Source: Gemmatimonadota bacterium (GTDB lineage Bacteria; Gemmatimonadota; Gemmatimonadetes; Gemmatimonadales; Gemmatimonadaceae). From it: 20,813 nucleotides of DNA. Under the pieces are notes generated by a model. The model did no database searches. It saw only the letters and a list, made by a program, of their open reading frames with translations, and was not told the DNA's origin. Shown here piece by piece: positions 1 to 7,369 of the stretch (positions within the stretch are counted from its first letter, which is position 1; each line of letters begins with the position of its first letter). The stretch lies in NCBI GenBank assembly GCA_031372565.1, contig JANMLN010000008.1, forward strand, positions 1 to 20,813, read 5' to 3'. The translations under genes and the position numbers were made by a program.

Positions 1-144
1 GGGGAGAACGGCGAGTTCCACACGTTCGTGTCGGCGGGACCGGGGTTTGCGCAGGCCGTGCCGGTGACGGTCGGCGAGAAGGTGTTGCGCGACGGGCGGT
101 TCATGTACGCCGACCTGGTGCCGCGAGCAACCCTGTCGTCCTGA
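1..144 (+). CDS. 3' end of diphthine--ammonia ligase-like / DUF71 (ATP_bind_4, PP-loop) ATP pyrophosphatase family protein (5'-truncated by window)
   Basis: Frame +1 reads GENGEFHTFVSAGPGFAQAVPVTVGEKVLRDGRFMYADLVPRATLSS*. GENGEFHTFV is the hallmark C-terminal motif of this family. TGA at 142-144. Not in the ORF track because the start lies outside the window. Confidence 0.85.
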   Translation, partial: GENGEFHTFVSAGPGFAQAVPVTVGEKVLRDGRFMYADLVPRATLSS

Positions 145-199
145 GCGAAGCGAAGGACCTGCTTCCGCCGTCGTCCTGAGCGCAGCGAAGGACCTGCTT
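135..199 (+). repeat. Two tandem copies of a 30-bp REP-like palindromic repeat (GTCGTCCTGAGCGAAGCGAAGGACCTGCTT)
   Basis: Copies at 135-164 and 170-199 differ by one base (GCGAAGC vs GCGCAGC). Each has an internal GTCCT/AGGAC stem around a GC-GNA-GC mini-hairpin. A T-rich tract follows. Confidence 0.9.
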
Positions 200-229
200 T
201 TGGTTCTTTCACCCCCCCCTCTCCACCGC

Positions 230-235
230 TATCCT
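230..235 (+). promoter_or_regulatory. Putative -10 element (TATCCT) of a leaderless transcript
   Basis: TANNNT hexamer 6 nt upstream of ATG 242, with no Shine-Dalgarno sequence. Confidence 0.5.
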
Positions 236-241
236 CCACGC

Positions 242-1219
242 ATGACCGCAGCCGACACCGCCCTCCTCCCCTCGCTCGCCGAGCTCGAGCACGCGAGCAC
301 CATCGTGCACGCCGTGCTGCCGCCGACCCCGCAACAACGCTGGCCGTTGCTCGATGCGCGCGTCGGCACCGAGGTCTGGGTGAAGCACGAGAACCACACC
401 CCCGTTGGCGCCTTCAAGGTGCGCGGTGGTGTCGTCTTCTTCCACGAACTGGCGGCCCACGGGATCCGCCCCCCCGGCGTCGTCACGGCGACGCGCGGGA
501 ACCATGGCCAGTCGATCGGCCTTGCCGCGGCGCGCCACGGGATTCCTGCCGTGGTCGTGGTGCCGCATGGCAACAGCACGGAGAAGAACGCCGCCATGCG
601 TGCCCTCGGCGTCGAGTTGCTCGAGATCGGTGATGACTTCCAGGCTGCGCTCGAGGCCGCCGAGGCCATCGAGCGCGAGCGCGGCTGGTATCGCATTCCG
701 TCGTTTCACCCATGGCTCGTGCAGGGCGTCGGCACGTATGCGCTCGAGTTCTTCCGGGGCGCGCCGCCGATGGATGTCGTGTACGTGCCGATCGGCCTCG
801 GCTCGGGGATCTGCGGGATGATTGCGGCGCGCGACGCGCTCGGCCTTGATACGCAGATCGTGGGCGTGGTCTCCGCGCACGCCCCGGCGTACGCGCGCTC
901 GCTGGCCTCGGGACATCCCGAGTCGCATGCGGTGAGCACGGTGCTCGCCGACGGGATGGCCTGTCGCACCCCCGTGCCGGCCGCTCTCGCGGCCATGACC
1001 GGCAAGCTCGCTCGCGTGGTCGAGGTCACGGATGACCAGGTGGCCGAGGCGATGCGCGGGCTCTTCAGCGACACGCACAACGTGGCCGAAGGGGCGGCCG
1101 CCGCTGCACTCGCGGCGCTGCTGGCCGAGCGAGACGCCGTGCGCGGCCAGCGGGTCGGCTTCGTGTTGTCCGGCGGCAACGTCGATCGCAGCCAGTTCGC
1201 GCGCGTGCTCGCAGCGTAG
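242..1219 (+). CDS. PLP-dependent threonine/serine dehydratase family protein (fold type II, no ACT domain), 325 aa
   Basis: KHENHTPVGAFKVRGG (PLP lysine), TATRGNHGQS, VPIGLGSG glycine loop, EGAAAA and LSGGNVD motifs. ATG 242 preferred over the TTG at 200. Confidence 0.9.
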   Translation: MTAADTALLPSLAELEHASTIVHAVLPPTPQQRWPLLDARVGTEVWVKHENHTPVGAFKVRGGVVFFHELAAHGIRPPGVVTATRGNHGQSIGLAAARHGIPAVVVVPHGNSTEKNAAMRALGVELLEIGDDFQAALEAAEAIERERGWYRIPSFHPWLVQGVGTYALEFFRGAPPMDVVYVPIGLGSGICGMIAARDALGLDTQIVGVVSAHAPAYARSLASGHPESHAVSTVLADGMACRTPVPAALAAMTGKLARVVEVTDDQVAEAMRGLFSDTHNVAEGAAAAALAALLAERDAVRGQRVGFVLSGGNVDRSQFARVLAA

Positions 1220-1243
1220 CGCCGCGCGCGCACCACGGGACGG

Positions 1244-1543
1244 TCAGATCTTCCCGACCGTCTCCTGCTTCAGCACCGTCTTCGCGATCACGTACACGAG
1301 TGCGGCGACGATGACGAAGTCGATCACGGCGCCGAGGAACGGACCGAGGAGGAACTTGATCGGGCCGACGTCCAACGTCGCCGTCTTCCACGCCCCGCCC
1401 GGGATGATCGCCCCGACGATGGGCATCAGCACGCCATCCACGAACGTGGTCACCATCGCGTTCGCCTTGGCGCCAATGATGACCGCAATCGCGAGTCCGA
1501 CGACGCCATAATTCTTCAGGAACTCGATAAACCCCTTGATCAC
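1244..1543 (-). CDS. mscL: Large-conductance mechanosensitive channel, short form (99 aa)
   Basis: MIKGFIEFLKNYGVVGLAIAVIIG (N-helix plus TM1), FVDGVLMPIVG, and GPFLGAVIDFVIVAALVYVIAK (TM2). GTG 1543 is preceded by GGAGGT. Confidence 0.9.
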   Translation of the reverse strand: MIKGFIEFLKNYGVVGLAIAVIIGAKANAMVTTFVDGVLMPIVGAIIPGGAWKTATLDVGPIKFLLGPFLGAVIDFVIVAALVYVIAKTVLKQETVGKI

Positions 1544-1655
1544 GCGACCTCCCGTGTGTGGACGGTGCATGGGCTGACGCGCCCGTGCCACGATTGCCAG
1601 ACACAAGGCTGACCGGGTGAGGGAGTTGCCGCAAGGGTCGAGGGGCTGGGCGCGG

Positions 1656-1715
1656 GCGACGGCGAGAGCAAGAGCAAAAACAAAAGCAACAGCAACAGCA
1701 AAAGCGAAAGCAAAA
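1656..1715. repeat. Degenerate hexamer tandem repeat (GCAAAA-like x10)
   Basis: GCGACG GCGAGA GCAAGA GCAAAA ACAAAA GCAACA GCAACA GCAAAA GCGAAA GCAAAA, running directly into the REP cluster. Confidence 0.8.
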
Positions 1716-1807
1716 GCAGGTCCTTCGCTTCGCTCAGGACGACAAAAGCATGTCCTTCGCTTTGCTCAGGACGACAAAAGCAGGTCCTTCGCTTCGCTCA
1801 GGACGAC
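1714..1807 (-). repeat. Three tandem copies (period 32 bp) of the same 30-bp REP-like repeat, opposite orientation to 135-199
   Basis: AAGCAGGTCCTTCGCTTCGCTCAGGACGAC at 1714-1743 and 1778-1807 is the exact reverse complement of 135-164. The copy at 1746-1775 has two substitutions. Confidence 0.9.
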
Positions 1808-4254
1808 GGCCACGCCGCGGTATCGCCGCCCTCGCCGCGCCAGTGCGGCGCCCACGCCAACGACACGGTGTGCACCGTGATGTCCGTCCCCTTGGGCTTC
1901 ACCGGGATCTCGGTCAACTCCACCGTCGAGGCATCGAAGTCGACGCCGAGTTCCTGCGCCTTGGCCTCGATGTCGCCCTGCAGATCGGCCAACTGCTGCT
2001 CAAGCGCGGCCACCGTGTCGGTGGCCCGGCCCACGTCACCGGACTCCTTGGCCACGCGTGACGCCGTGCGCGCGGCGGTGCCGACCCGCCCCATGTTCGC
2101 CGCGCTAACCGCGCGACGACCCATCAGCGCGCCGAGAATGACCGCGCCCATCGACACCGCGGCCTGCACCTTGACCGCCGAGGCGTCGGTCTGCTCGCGC
2201 TGGACCGCGGCGCGCGCCTTGCGCAGCCGCTCCTCGAGGGTGGTCACCTTGCTCGCGTACTTGTCGCGCAGTTTCTGTACCCCGCCGTCGCGCGCCTCGC
2301 GTGCGAGGGTCTGCAGCCGGGCGCGGAACTCGCCTTCGCTTTCCCCCGCGTGCGACACCGCCTTCGGCGCCTTGCAGGACCACAGCGTCATCGATTGACT
2401 GCCCTTGAGCCACGTCGTGAAGCTCTTGGTCCACTTGTCGTAGCTCTTCGCGTCGCCGGCGGCACGGCTCACCGCGCCAAAGGTGGCGCCGTCGGCCGGG
2501 GTGGTCTCGAGCGCGCTCGCATCGAGTTCCATGTCCTGACCCTCGGTCCAGTCGACCGGTACGACACCATCGGCGATCGGTGAGAGCCGCACGAGGTGCC
2601 GCGTCTCGTTGATGGCGTACTTGGCGCTTGTGAGGGCGATGTCAGCCGCACCGGCGGCGAACGGCAGATACACCAGAGTGGCGCCCGGCGCAGCGCGCTT
2701 GGCGACGGGAAGAAAGAGCTGCGGCACGGCAGGGGCCAGCACGGGGCGCGCGCCAGCCGCGCTCGCCCCTGCGGCGACTTTCGATGCGCCCTCGGCACCA
2801 CCGGCGGCGGCCGCCGCCTCGCCTGGCGCCGGCACCGCGACGGCCGGTCGCCGCCCCTCCATCACCTGCTTGATCTGCTCGCGCGTCATCGGCCCGGCGA
2901 GGTAGCTCAGGGTCCATCGCGTGCTGAACAGGCGCGGCGTCGACTCCTTCACACTGTGCAGGATGAACGTGCGCTTGGGCAGCGACGCGATCGTCTGCTC
3001 CATCGCGGCCCGATCGAATGATCCTCCGGATTGCGCCCCTTCCAGCCCATCCATCAACCGCTTCTTGTCGCGTTCGGTCTGCAGCCGCCCGATGAACCAG
3101 GTGCCGGCATTCGACAAGCCCTTGTAGTCGAGGTCCACGGGGTTCTGCGTGGCAAGCACGACGCCCAGGCCGAAGGCGCGAGCCTGCTTGAGCAACGTGA
3201 GCAGCAGCGCCTTGGTCGGCGGCGCGGCGGTCGGCGGCATGAAGCCGAACAGTTCGTCGATGTACAGCAGTGCGCGCAGCGTACCCGTCCCCGGTTGCGT
3301 GCGCATCCAGCCGATGATCTCGGCCAACAGCATCGACAGGAAGAACATCCGTTCGGCGTCGCCCAGATGCGCGATCGACACGACCGACACGCGCGGCTTG
3401 CCGGCCGGCGTGTAGAAGAGCGCCCCGGCATCGAGCGGCACGCCCTGCGTCCACGCCTGAAAGGCGCTCGACGCGAGCAACCCGTTCAGCTTCATGGCGA
3501 GGGCGAACCGTTCCTTCGGCGGAAAGAACGAGTCAACGTCCATGACGCCGACCTGCGTCATGGGCGGCTGCTGAATGCCCGCGACAAGCCCGGCGAGATC
3601 GAGATCCTTGCCGTCCTTCCAGGCATGCTCGAGAATGGCGGCCAGCAACATGTGCTCGCGCGACTGCAGCGGGTCGCCATCGACGCCGACCAGCGTCAGC
3701 ACGCCGGTGGCGGTCGCCTGCACACGCTCGCGCCATGCGTCGGCGTCTTCCGCCAGCGCCTTGGGCGGTGCGGTGAACGACCGGAGCACGCTGATCGGAA
3801 TTCCGGCGCTGCTCCCCGGTGTGTAGATCGCGTACTCGGCCGCGTCCTTGAGTCGCTGCACGCGCGCGCCGTCCTGCCCGGAATCCGCGAGCCCCTTCTG
3901 CCACGTTTCGGACTGCCTGGCCGCGAAGGCATCGGGGTCGAGCCCCTGCTCTTGCGCGGCGTGCGCGTCCACCCAGGGGCGAAAGTCGGCGGGCGCGAGC
4001 GACGGGAAGGTCAGCAGCAGGTTGCCGAGGTCACCCTTCGGGTCGACGGCGATGACCGGGATCTTGTCGATCGCGGCCTCCTCGATGAGGCCAACGCCCA
4101 GCCCCGTCTTCCCGCTGCCGGTCATCCCGATGATGATGGCGTGGGTGGTGAAGTCCTTCGCGTCCGCGAGGCACAGTCCGTCGGCGATCGCGAGGGACGA
4201 GGCGTCGACATCACGACCGAGGTAGAAAGATCCGAGGCGTTCGAAGTCCTGCAT
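1798..4254 (-). CDS. HerA/FtsK-superfamily (DUF87/DUF853-like) P-loop ATPase with C-terminal coiled coil, 818 aa
   Basis: Start MQDFERLGSFYLGR. THAIIIGMTGSGKT (Walker A, 4105-4128), AVDPKGD, LLYIDE (Walker B), KQARAFGLGVVLATQNPVDLDYK (arginine finger and ATQ motif). The 85 extra N-terminal codons in the ORF track overlap dinB and are unlikely. Confidence 0.85.
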   Translation of the reverse strand: MQDFERLGSFYLGRDVDASSLAIADGLCLADAKDFTTHAIIIGMTGSGKTGLGVGLIEEAAIDKIPVIAVDPKGDLGNLLLTFPSLAPADFRPWVDAHAAQEQGLDPDAFAARQSETWQKGLADSGQDGARVQRLKDAAEYAIYTPGSSAGIPISVLRSFTAPPKALAEDADAWRERVQATATGVLTLVGVDGDPLQSREHMLLAAILEHAWKDGKDLDLAGLVAGIQQPPMTQVGVMDVDSFFPPKERFALAMKLNGLLASSAFQAWTQGVPLDAGALFYTPAGKPRVSVVSIAHLGDAERMFFLSMLLAEIIGWMRTQPGTGTLRALLYIDELFGFMPPTAAPPTKALLLTLLKQARAFGLGVVLATQNPVDLDYKGLSNAGTWFIGRLQTERDKKRLMDGLEGAQSGGSFDRAAMEQTIASLPKRTFILHSVKESTPRLFSTRWTLSYLAGPMTREQIKQVMEGRRPAVAVPAPGEAAAAAGGAEGASKVAAGASAAGARPVLAPAVPQLFLPVAKRAAPGATLVYLPFAAGAADIALTSAKYAINETRHLVRLSPIADGVVPVDWTEGQDMELDASALETTPADGATFGAVSRAAGDAKSYDKWTKSFTTWLKGSQSMTLWSCKAPKAVSHAGESEGEFRARLQTLAREARDGGVQKLRDKYASKVTTLEERLRKARAAVQREQTDASAVKVQAAVSMGAVILGALMGRRAVSAANMGRVGTAARTASRVAKESGDVGRATDTVAALEQQLADLQGDIEAKAQELGVDFDASTVELTEIPVKPKGTDITVHTVSLAWAPHWRGEGGDTAAWPSS

Positions 4255-4303
4255 GGCAGCGTCAGGTGGGCGCAGGGTGAAAGCGCCCGCCGGCCGCGCG
4301 AAG

Positions 4304-4816
4304 CTACTCTGCGGCGGGAACGGCCTGGGCGCGACGGAGCAGCGCAATCTGCCCGCCGTGATAAGCATGGTGCTGCGCGAGCCCATGCACCAGCACGCGG
4401 TGCTTGACGCCGGTCCCCATCGCCGCGTGGCGTCCGTGGATCGGGGGCGCCTCCAGATCAGCCGGGTCCATCCGCGTGATCGTCGCAAGGAGCGCCTCGT
4501 GTGCTGCAAGCCACCGGGTCAGCGCGGCGTCCCACTGTGTGGCGGAGGGCGCCGGCGGAACGTCGGGCCAATCGCCGTCGCGCGGCTCCCCCGGTTCGCC
4601 GCCCCGCAGACGCAACGTCGCCTCGTGCGTCCACGCGGTCATGTGCAGGACCAGTTCCCAGATCGAGTGCGCGCCGGCGATCGGATGCGCGTGCGCCTCG
4701 GTGGGGGTCGTGCCTTCGAGCAGCTGCGCGATGGAGGAACCGTGCCACGGCGTCCCGCGTACCGCGTGATCGAGTTCGGCGGCTAACCGGACCAGATCGC
4801 GCGCCGGTTCGGTCAC
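4304..4816 (-). CDS. DinB/YfiT-like four-helix-bundle metalloprotein
   Basis: PWHG, HSIWELVLHM and QHHAYHGGQIALLRR His motifs. The GTG start overlaps the upstream TGA (GTGA). Confidence 0.85.
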   Translation of the reverse strand: MTEPARDLVRLAAELDHAVRGTPWHGSSIAQLLEGTTPTEAHAHPIAGAHSIWELVLHMTAWTHEATLRLRGGEPGEPRDGDWPDVPPAPSATQWDAALTRWLAAHEALLATITRMDPADLEAPPIHGRHAAMGTGVKHRVLVHGLAQHHAYHGGQIALLRRAQAVPAAE

Positions 4817-5235
4817 TTCCTCGTCACCTCGAAGGGCTTGTTACCCACCTGCGTGCCGTTGGCCGTGAGCACCACCGCGTACTTGCCCACCGGCCAGCCC
4901 TTGGCGTTCACCACGTGGAACTCCGTGGCGGCCGGACCAGCGGGAGCGACCAACTGCGTGTACTCGGCCAACGTGGCCCCCTTGGCGTCCTTCCAGCTCG
5001 CCACCATCGTGACGCGCTGCGAGACACCGATGGAGTTGACCACGGCGAAAATCGTGTCACGGGGAGTGAAGGTCGCCGTCGTTTTCAGGACACGCTTGTT
5101 CGCGCCCACCGACTTGCCGAGATCGACGGTTTGGACGCGGAATCCGATCTTTGGCTTGGGCGGCTCGACTTCCTTTTCGCAGGCGACAAGGGCGAGGGCG
5201 GCGAACGCGAGCAGGACGGGAACGCGGGGAACCAT
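4813..5235 (-). CDS. Putative lipoprotein (140 aa), beta-rich, Ig-like
   Basis: MVPRVPVLLAFAALALVA-C lipobox. Mature part has TFTPRDTIFAVV and WPVGKYAVVL beta patterns. GGAG upstream of ATG 5235. Confidence 0.75.
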   Translation of the reverse strand: MVPRVPVLLAFAALALVACEKEVEPPKPKIGFRVQTVDLGKSVGANKRVLKTTATFTPRDTIFAVVNSIGVSQRVTMVASWKDAKGATLAEYTQLVAPAGPAATEFHVVNAKGWPVGKYAVVLTANGTQVGNKPFEVTRK

Positions 5236-5334
5236 GGGAGCTCCAGCGGGGGCGGTGACAAGAGGGCTCGAAAGGGGGGACGCCTCATCGCCCCGCAACG
5301 TCACGCCGCTCCCGCTCGCGGGAGGTGCGCCGGC

Positions 5335-5727
5335 TCACACGGCGGCAGGCTTCTCCTGCATCAGCGCAAGGACGTTGGCGTCAGGGTCGGCAAAGAAGGT
5401 CATCCACAGCTCGGTTGCGCCGGCGCGGTGCACCGCGTGAGGGGCATCGCGGAAGACGACCCCGGCGCCAGCCATGCGCGCGTGGGCGCCCTCGATGTCG
5501 CCAACGCTCAGGTACAGGATCGAGCCCGGGTGATCGAACTCGGGCTGCTCCGGCAGCGAGAGCATGAGCCGAGTGGCACCCAGGCTGAAGAAGGCCAGCC
5601 CCGGAAACTGGAACAGGAAGGGGAGTCCGACCGCGTCGCGATAAAAGCCAACCGCGCGATCGACGTCGTGCACGACCAGCGCGACCTGACCGAGGGCGTG
5701 AGGGACGGTAGTCGGTGCGTGGTTCAT
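5335..5727 (-). CDS. VOC (glyoxalase/bleomycin resistance/dioxygenase) family protein
   Basis: LGQVALVVHDVDRAVGFYRDAVGL and WMTFFADPDANVLALM. GGAGG RBS upstream. Confidence 0.9.
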   Translation of the reverse strand: MNHAPTTVPHALGQVALVVHDVDRAVGFYRDAVGLPFLFQFPGLAFFSLGATRLMLSLPEQPEFDHPGSILYLSVGDIEGAHARMAGAGVVFRDAPHAVHRAGATELWMTFFADPDANVLALMQEKPAAV

Positions 5728-5775
5728 GCGAACCTCCCGTTGATGCGTCGACGCGTAGTCGTAGCCTGAGGAGCG

Positions 5776-5803
5776 AAAGTACCGGGACTCGCCAAGAGGT
5801 CAA
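5776..5803 (-). promoter_or_regulatory. Putative sigma70 promoter for the VOC-lipoprotein-dinB-ATPase run
   Basis: The minus strand reads TTGACC-N16-TACTTT, about 50 nt upstream of ATG 5727, in a divergent intergenic region. Confidence 0.55.
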
Positions 5804-5840
5804 GCGGACGCTGAACGCGCCGCGACGCGTGCGATCCCGT

Positions 5841-5846
5841 TAACGT
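5841..5846 (+). promoter_or_regulatory. Putative -10 element (TAACGT) of a leaderless transcript
   Basis: TANNNT 5 nt upstream of ATG 5852, with no SD. Confidence 0.4.
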
Positions 5847-5851
5847 CCAGC

Positions 5852-6712
5852 ATGACTCAACGCCTCGCGGCGCTCCTCGCCTCGATTCTCGTGGTCCTCT
5901 CGACTCGGCCGCTCGACGCGCAGGGGTGGAGCACCGCGCCGCTCCGAGCCCCCACGCCGACGCCGCGCGACGGCCTCCCGGCGGACCGCGCCGCCTTCAA
6001 CGGCTGGCTCCGCGCCCACAAGGATTCCCTCTCGCCACAGCAGGCGATCACTGCGCGCGAACGATTGTTCGCCTACATCTCGGCTGAGGCCAAGGTCCGC
6101 GGTGGCTCGCTGCCCGCACCGGGCGATACGGGAGCCATCAGCGCCTTCGTGCTCGCGGCCGGACTGGGAGACCCCGGCGCGCTCCTTGTCACCGCGCAGT
6201 GGACCGGTGCGGCCGCCCCCGCGGAGTGGTCGCATCGCGGGGTGCGCGTCCGGTTTCAGAGCCCTTATCTCGTCACGGGGAGCCCCGATGACGCGTGGCG
6301 CGTCTGCTATCCGTTTTTCTTCATGACGGAGCCCCTGGGCATCGATGCGCCACCGGGCGGCATCCCCGCCGAGACCGTGATCCTCTCGACGCTGGTCGCG
6401 CCCGACAAGACGCCGGTTGGTGCATCGGCCGCGCACATCTTCATTGCCGCGGTCGGGCTCAGCGACTCGGCGCGGTTCGTCGCGGAGCAGGTGCGCCGCT
6501 TTCAGCTGGAACCCATGGGTCCGACGGAGGCACCGGGCCGCTGGTTTCGCGGCGCTGATGGCGCGCCGATGCCCACCGTGGCCGTCGTGCGGCGATTGCC
6601 GAAGCGCGTCGTGCTGCTGGTCTACTCCGGCGCCCGCGGCTCGTTCGAGGTCAACCGCACGCACTTCGAAACGCTCGTCGCGCGGCTCGGCACCGGAGCC
6701 TGCGCGCCGTAG
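5852..6712 (+). CDS. Hypothetical secreted protein (286 aa), possible PsbP/Mog1-like C-terminal domain
   Basis: Sec-type signal MTQRLAALLASILVVLSTRPLDA-Q. Protein-like composition, and it fills the gap between flanking genes. Confidence 0.7.
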   Translation: MTQRLAALLASILVVLSTRPLDAQGWSTAPLRAPTPTPRDGLPADRAAFNGWLRAHKDSLSPQQAITARERLFAYISAEAKVRGGSLPAPGDTGAISAFVLAAGLGDPGALLVTAQWTGAAAPAEWSHRGVRVRFQSPYLVTGSPDDAWRVCYPFFFMTEPLGIDAPPGGIPAETVILSTLVAPDKTPVGASAAHIFIAAVGLSDSARFVAEQVRRFQLEPMGPTEAPGRWFRGADGAPMPTVAVVRRLPKRVVLLVYSGARGSFEVNRTHFETLVARLGTGACAP

Positions 6713-6717
6713 CGCGC

Positions 6718-7290
6718 CTAGCGCGTCGGCGGCGCGGCGGGCGGCCCGTCGAAGTAGCGCTTCACCTTGTCGCGACGGTAGAGGTACATGTACGCGGCCG
6801 GCAATGCGACGACAGAGATCATGAACGGAATGTACGAAAACTTGTGATCGAGGCGACCGGTGGCGAGCCGCACGAGGCCCTCCGTGATCGGTATGGACCA
6901 CATGAGCAGCATCAGGGGACGCGTCCAGCGCGCGTTGCGCGACAGGCCGATCGCGATCACGGCGAGGATCACGCCGATCGGGGCCAGCGTGGGCCCTGCC
7001 CGCGCGATGAAATCCGCCCCGGACACCGAGTCGCCGAACAAGGTCAACTGACCGCGGCCCAGAATCGCCAGTGCGAACACCGCGATCAGGATGCCCCCGC
7101 CCATCGCCGAGAGCATCTGCCCGATCACGATCAGGCCGGGCTTGGTGCCACCGTCACGGATCAGCGCCGCCTCCGCGCCGAGACGCGCCTGCGTCGGATA
7201 GGCGTTGCCGCACTGCGGGCACGCCTCCACGGGAAGGTGCTCGATGACGGTCGTTTCGTCGCATTTTGGGCACACCAAGAACACGGCCAT
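6718..7290 (-). CDS. Hypothetical membrane protein with N-terminal zinc ribbon and about 4 TM helices
   Basis: CPKC-x13-CPQC at the N-terminus, four hydrophobic segments, and a basic C-terminal YLYRRDKVKRYF. Confidence 0.75.
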   Translation of the reverse strand: MAVFLVCPKCDETTVIEHLPVEACPQCGNAYPTQARLGAEAALIRDGGTKPGLIVIGQMLSAMGGGILIAVFALAILGRGQLTLFGDSVSGADFIARAGPTLAPIGVILAVIAIGLSRNARWTRPLMLLMWSIPITEGLVRLATGRLDHKFSYIPFMISVVALPAAYMYLYRRDKVKRYFDGPPAAPPTR

Positions 7291-7369
7291 GTTGCAGTAA
7301 CATGTCGCCCGTTCCGCATCCGCGCAAAGCGGCCGCAGGTGCGGCCTCCACTATCTTTTCTTCACGTAT

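Noticed and set aside
1714..1807. CRISPR array (30-bp palindromic direct repeats)
   Set aside because: Copies are separated by only 2 nt (5 nt at 135-199), so there are no spacers. No cas genes are present, and the repeats overlap stop codons.
135..1807. Composite transposon carrying the dehydratase and mscL between inverted repeats
   Set aside because: There is no transposase and no evident target-site duplication. The inversion is explained by each cluster following the direction of its upstream gene.
1617..1880. 87-aa ORF with an AKAKAK histone-like stretch
   Set aside because: It is a translation of the hexamer tract and REP copies, and it overlaps the ATPase gene on the opposite strand.
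4255..4509. N-terminal extensions in the ORF track (ATPase to 4509, SDR to 12777, TldE to 15621, DUF885 from 9523, mscL to 1606)
   Set aside because: They overlap neighbouring genes or precede better-supported starts that have an RBS, translational coupling or family-typical N-termini.
1798..4816. HerA-based anti-phage system
   Set aside because: No NurA, Sir2, nuclease or other effector is adjacent. The neighbours are housekeeping or stress genes, and base composition matches the rest of the window.
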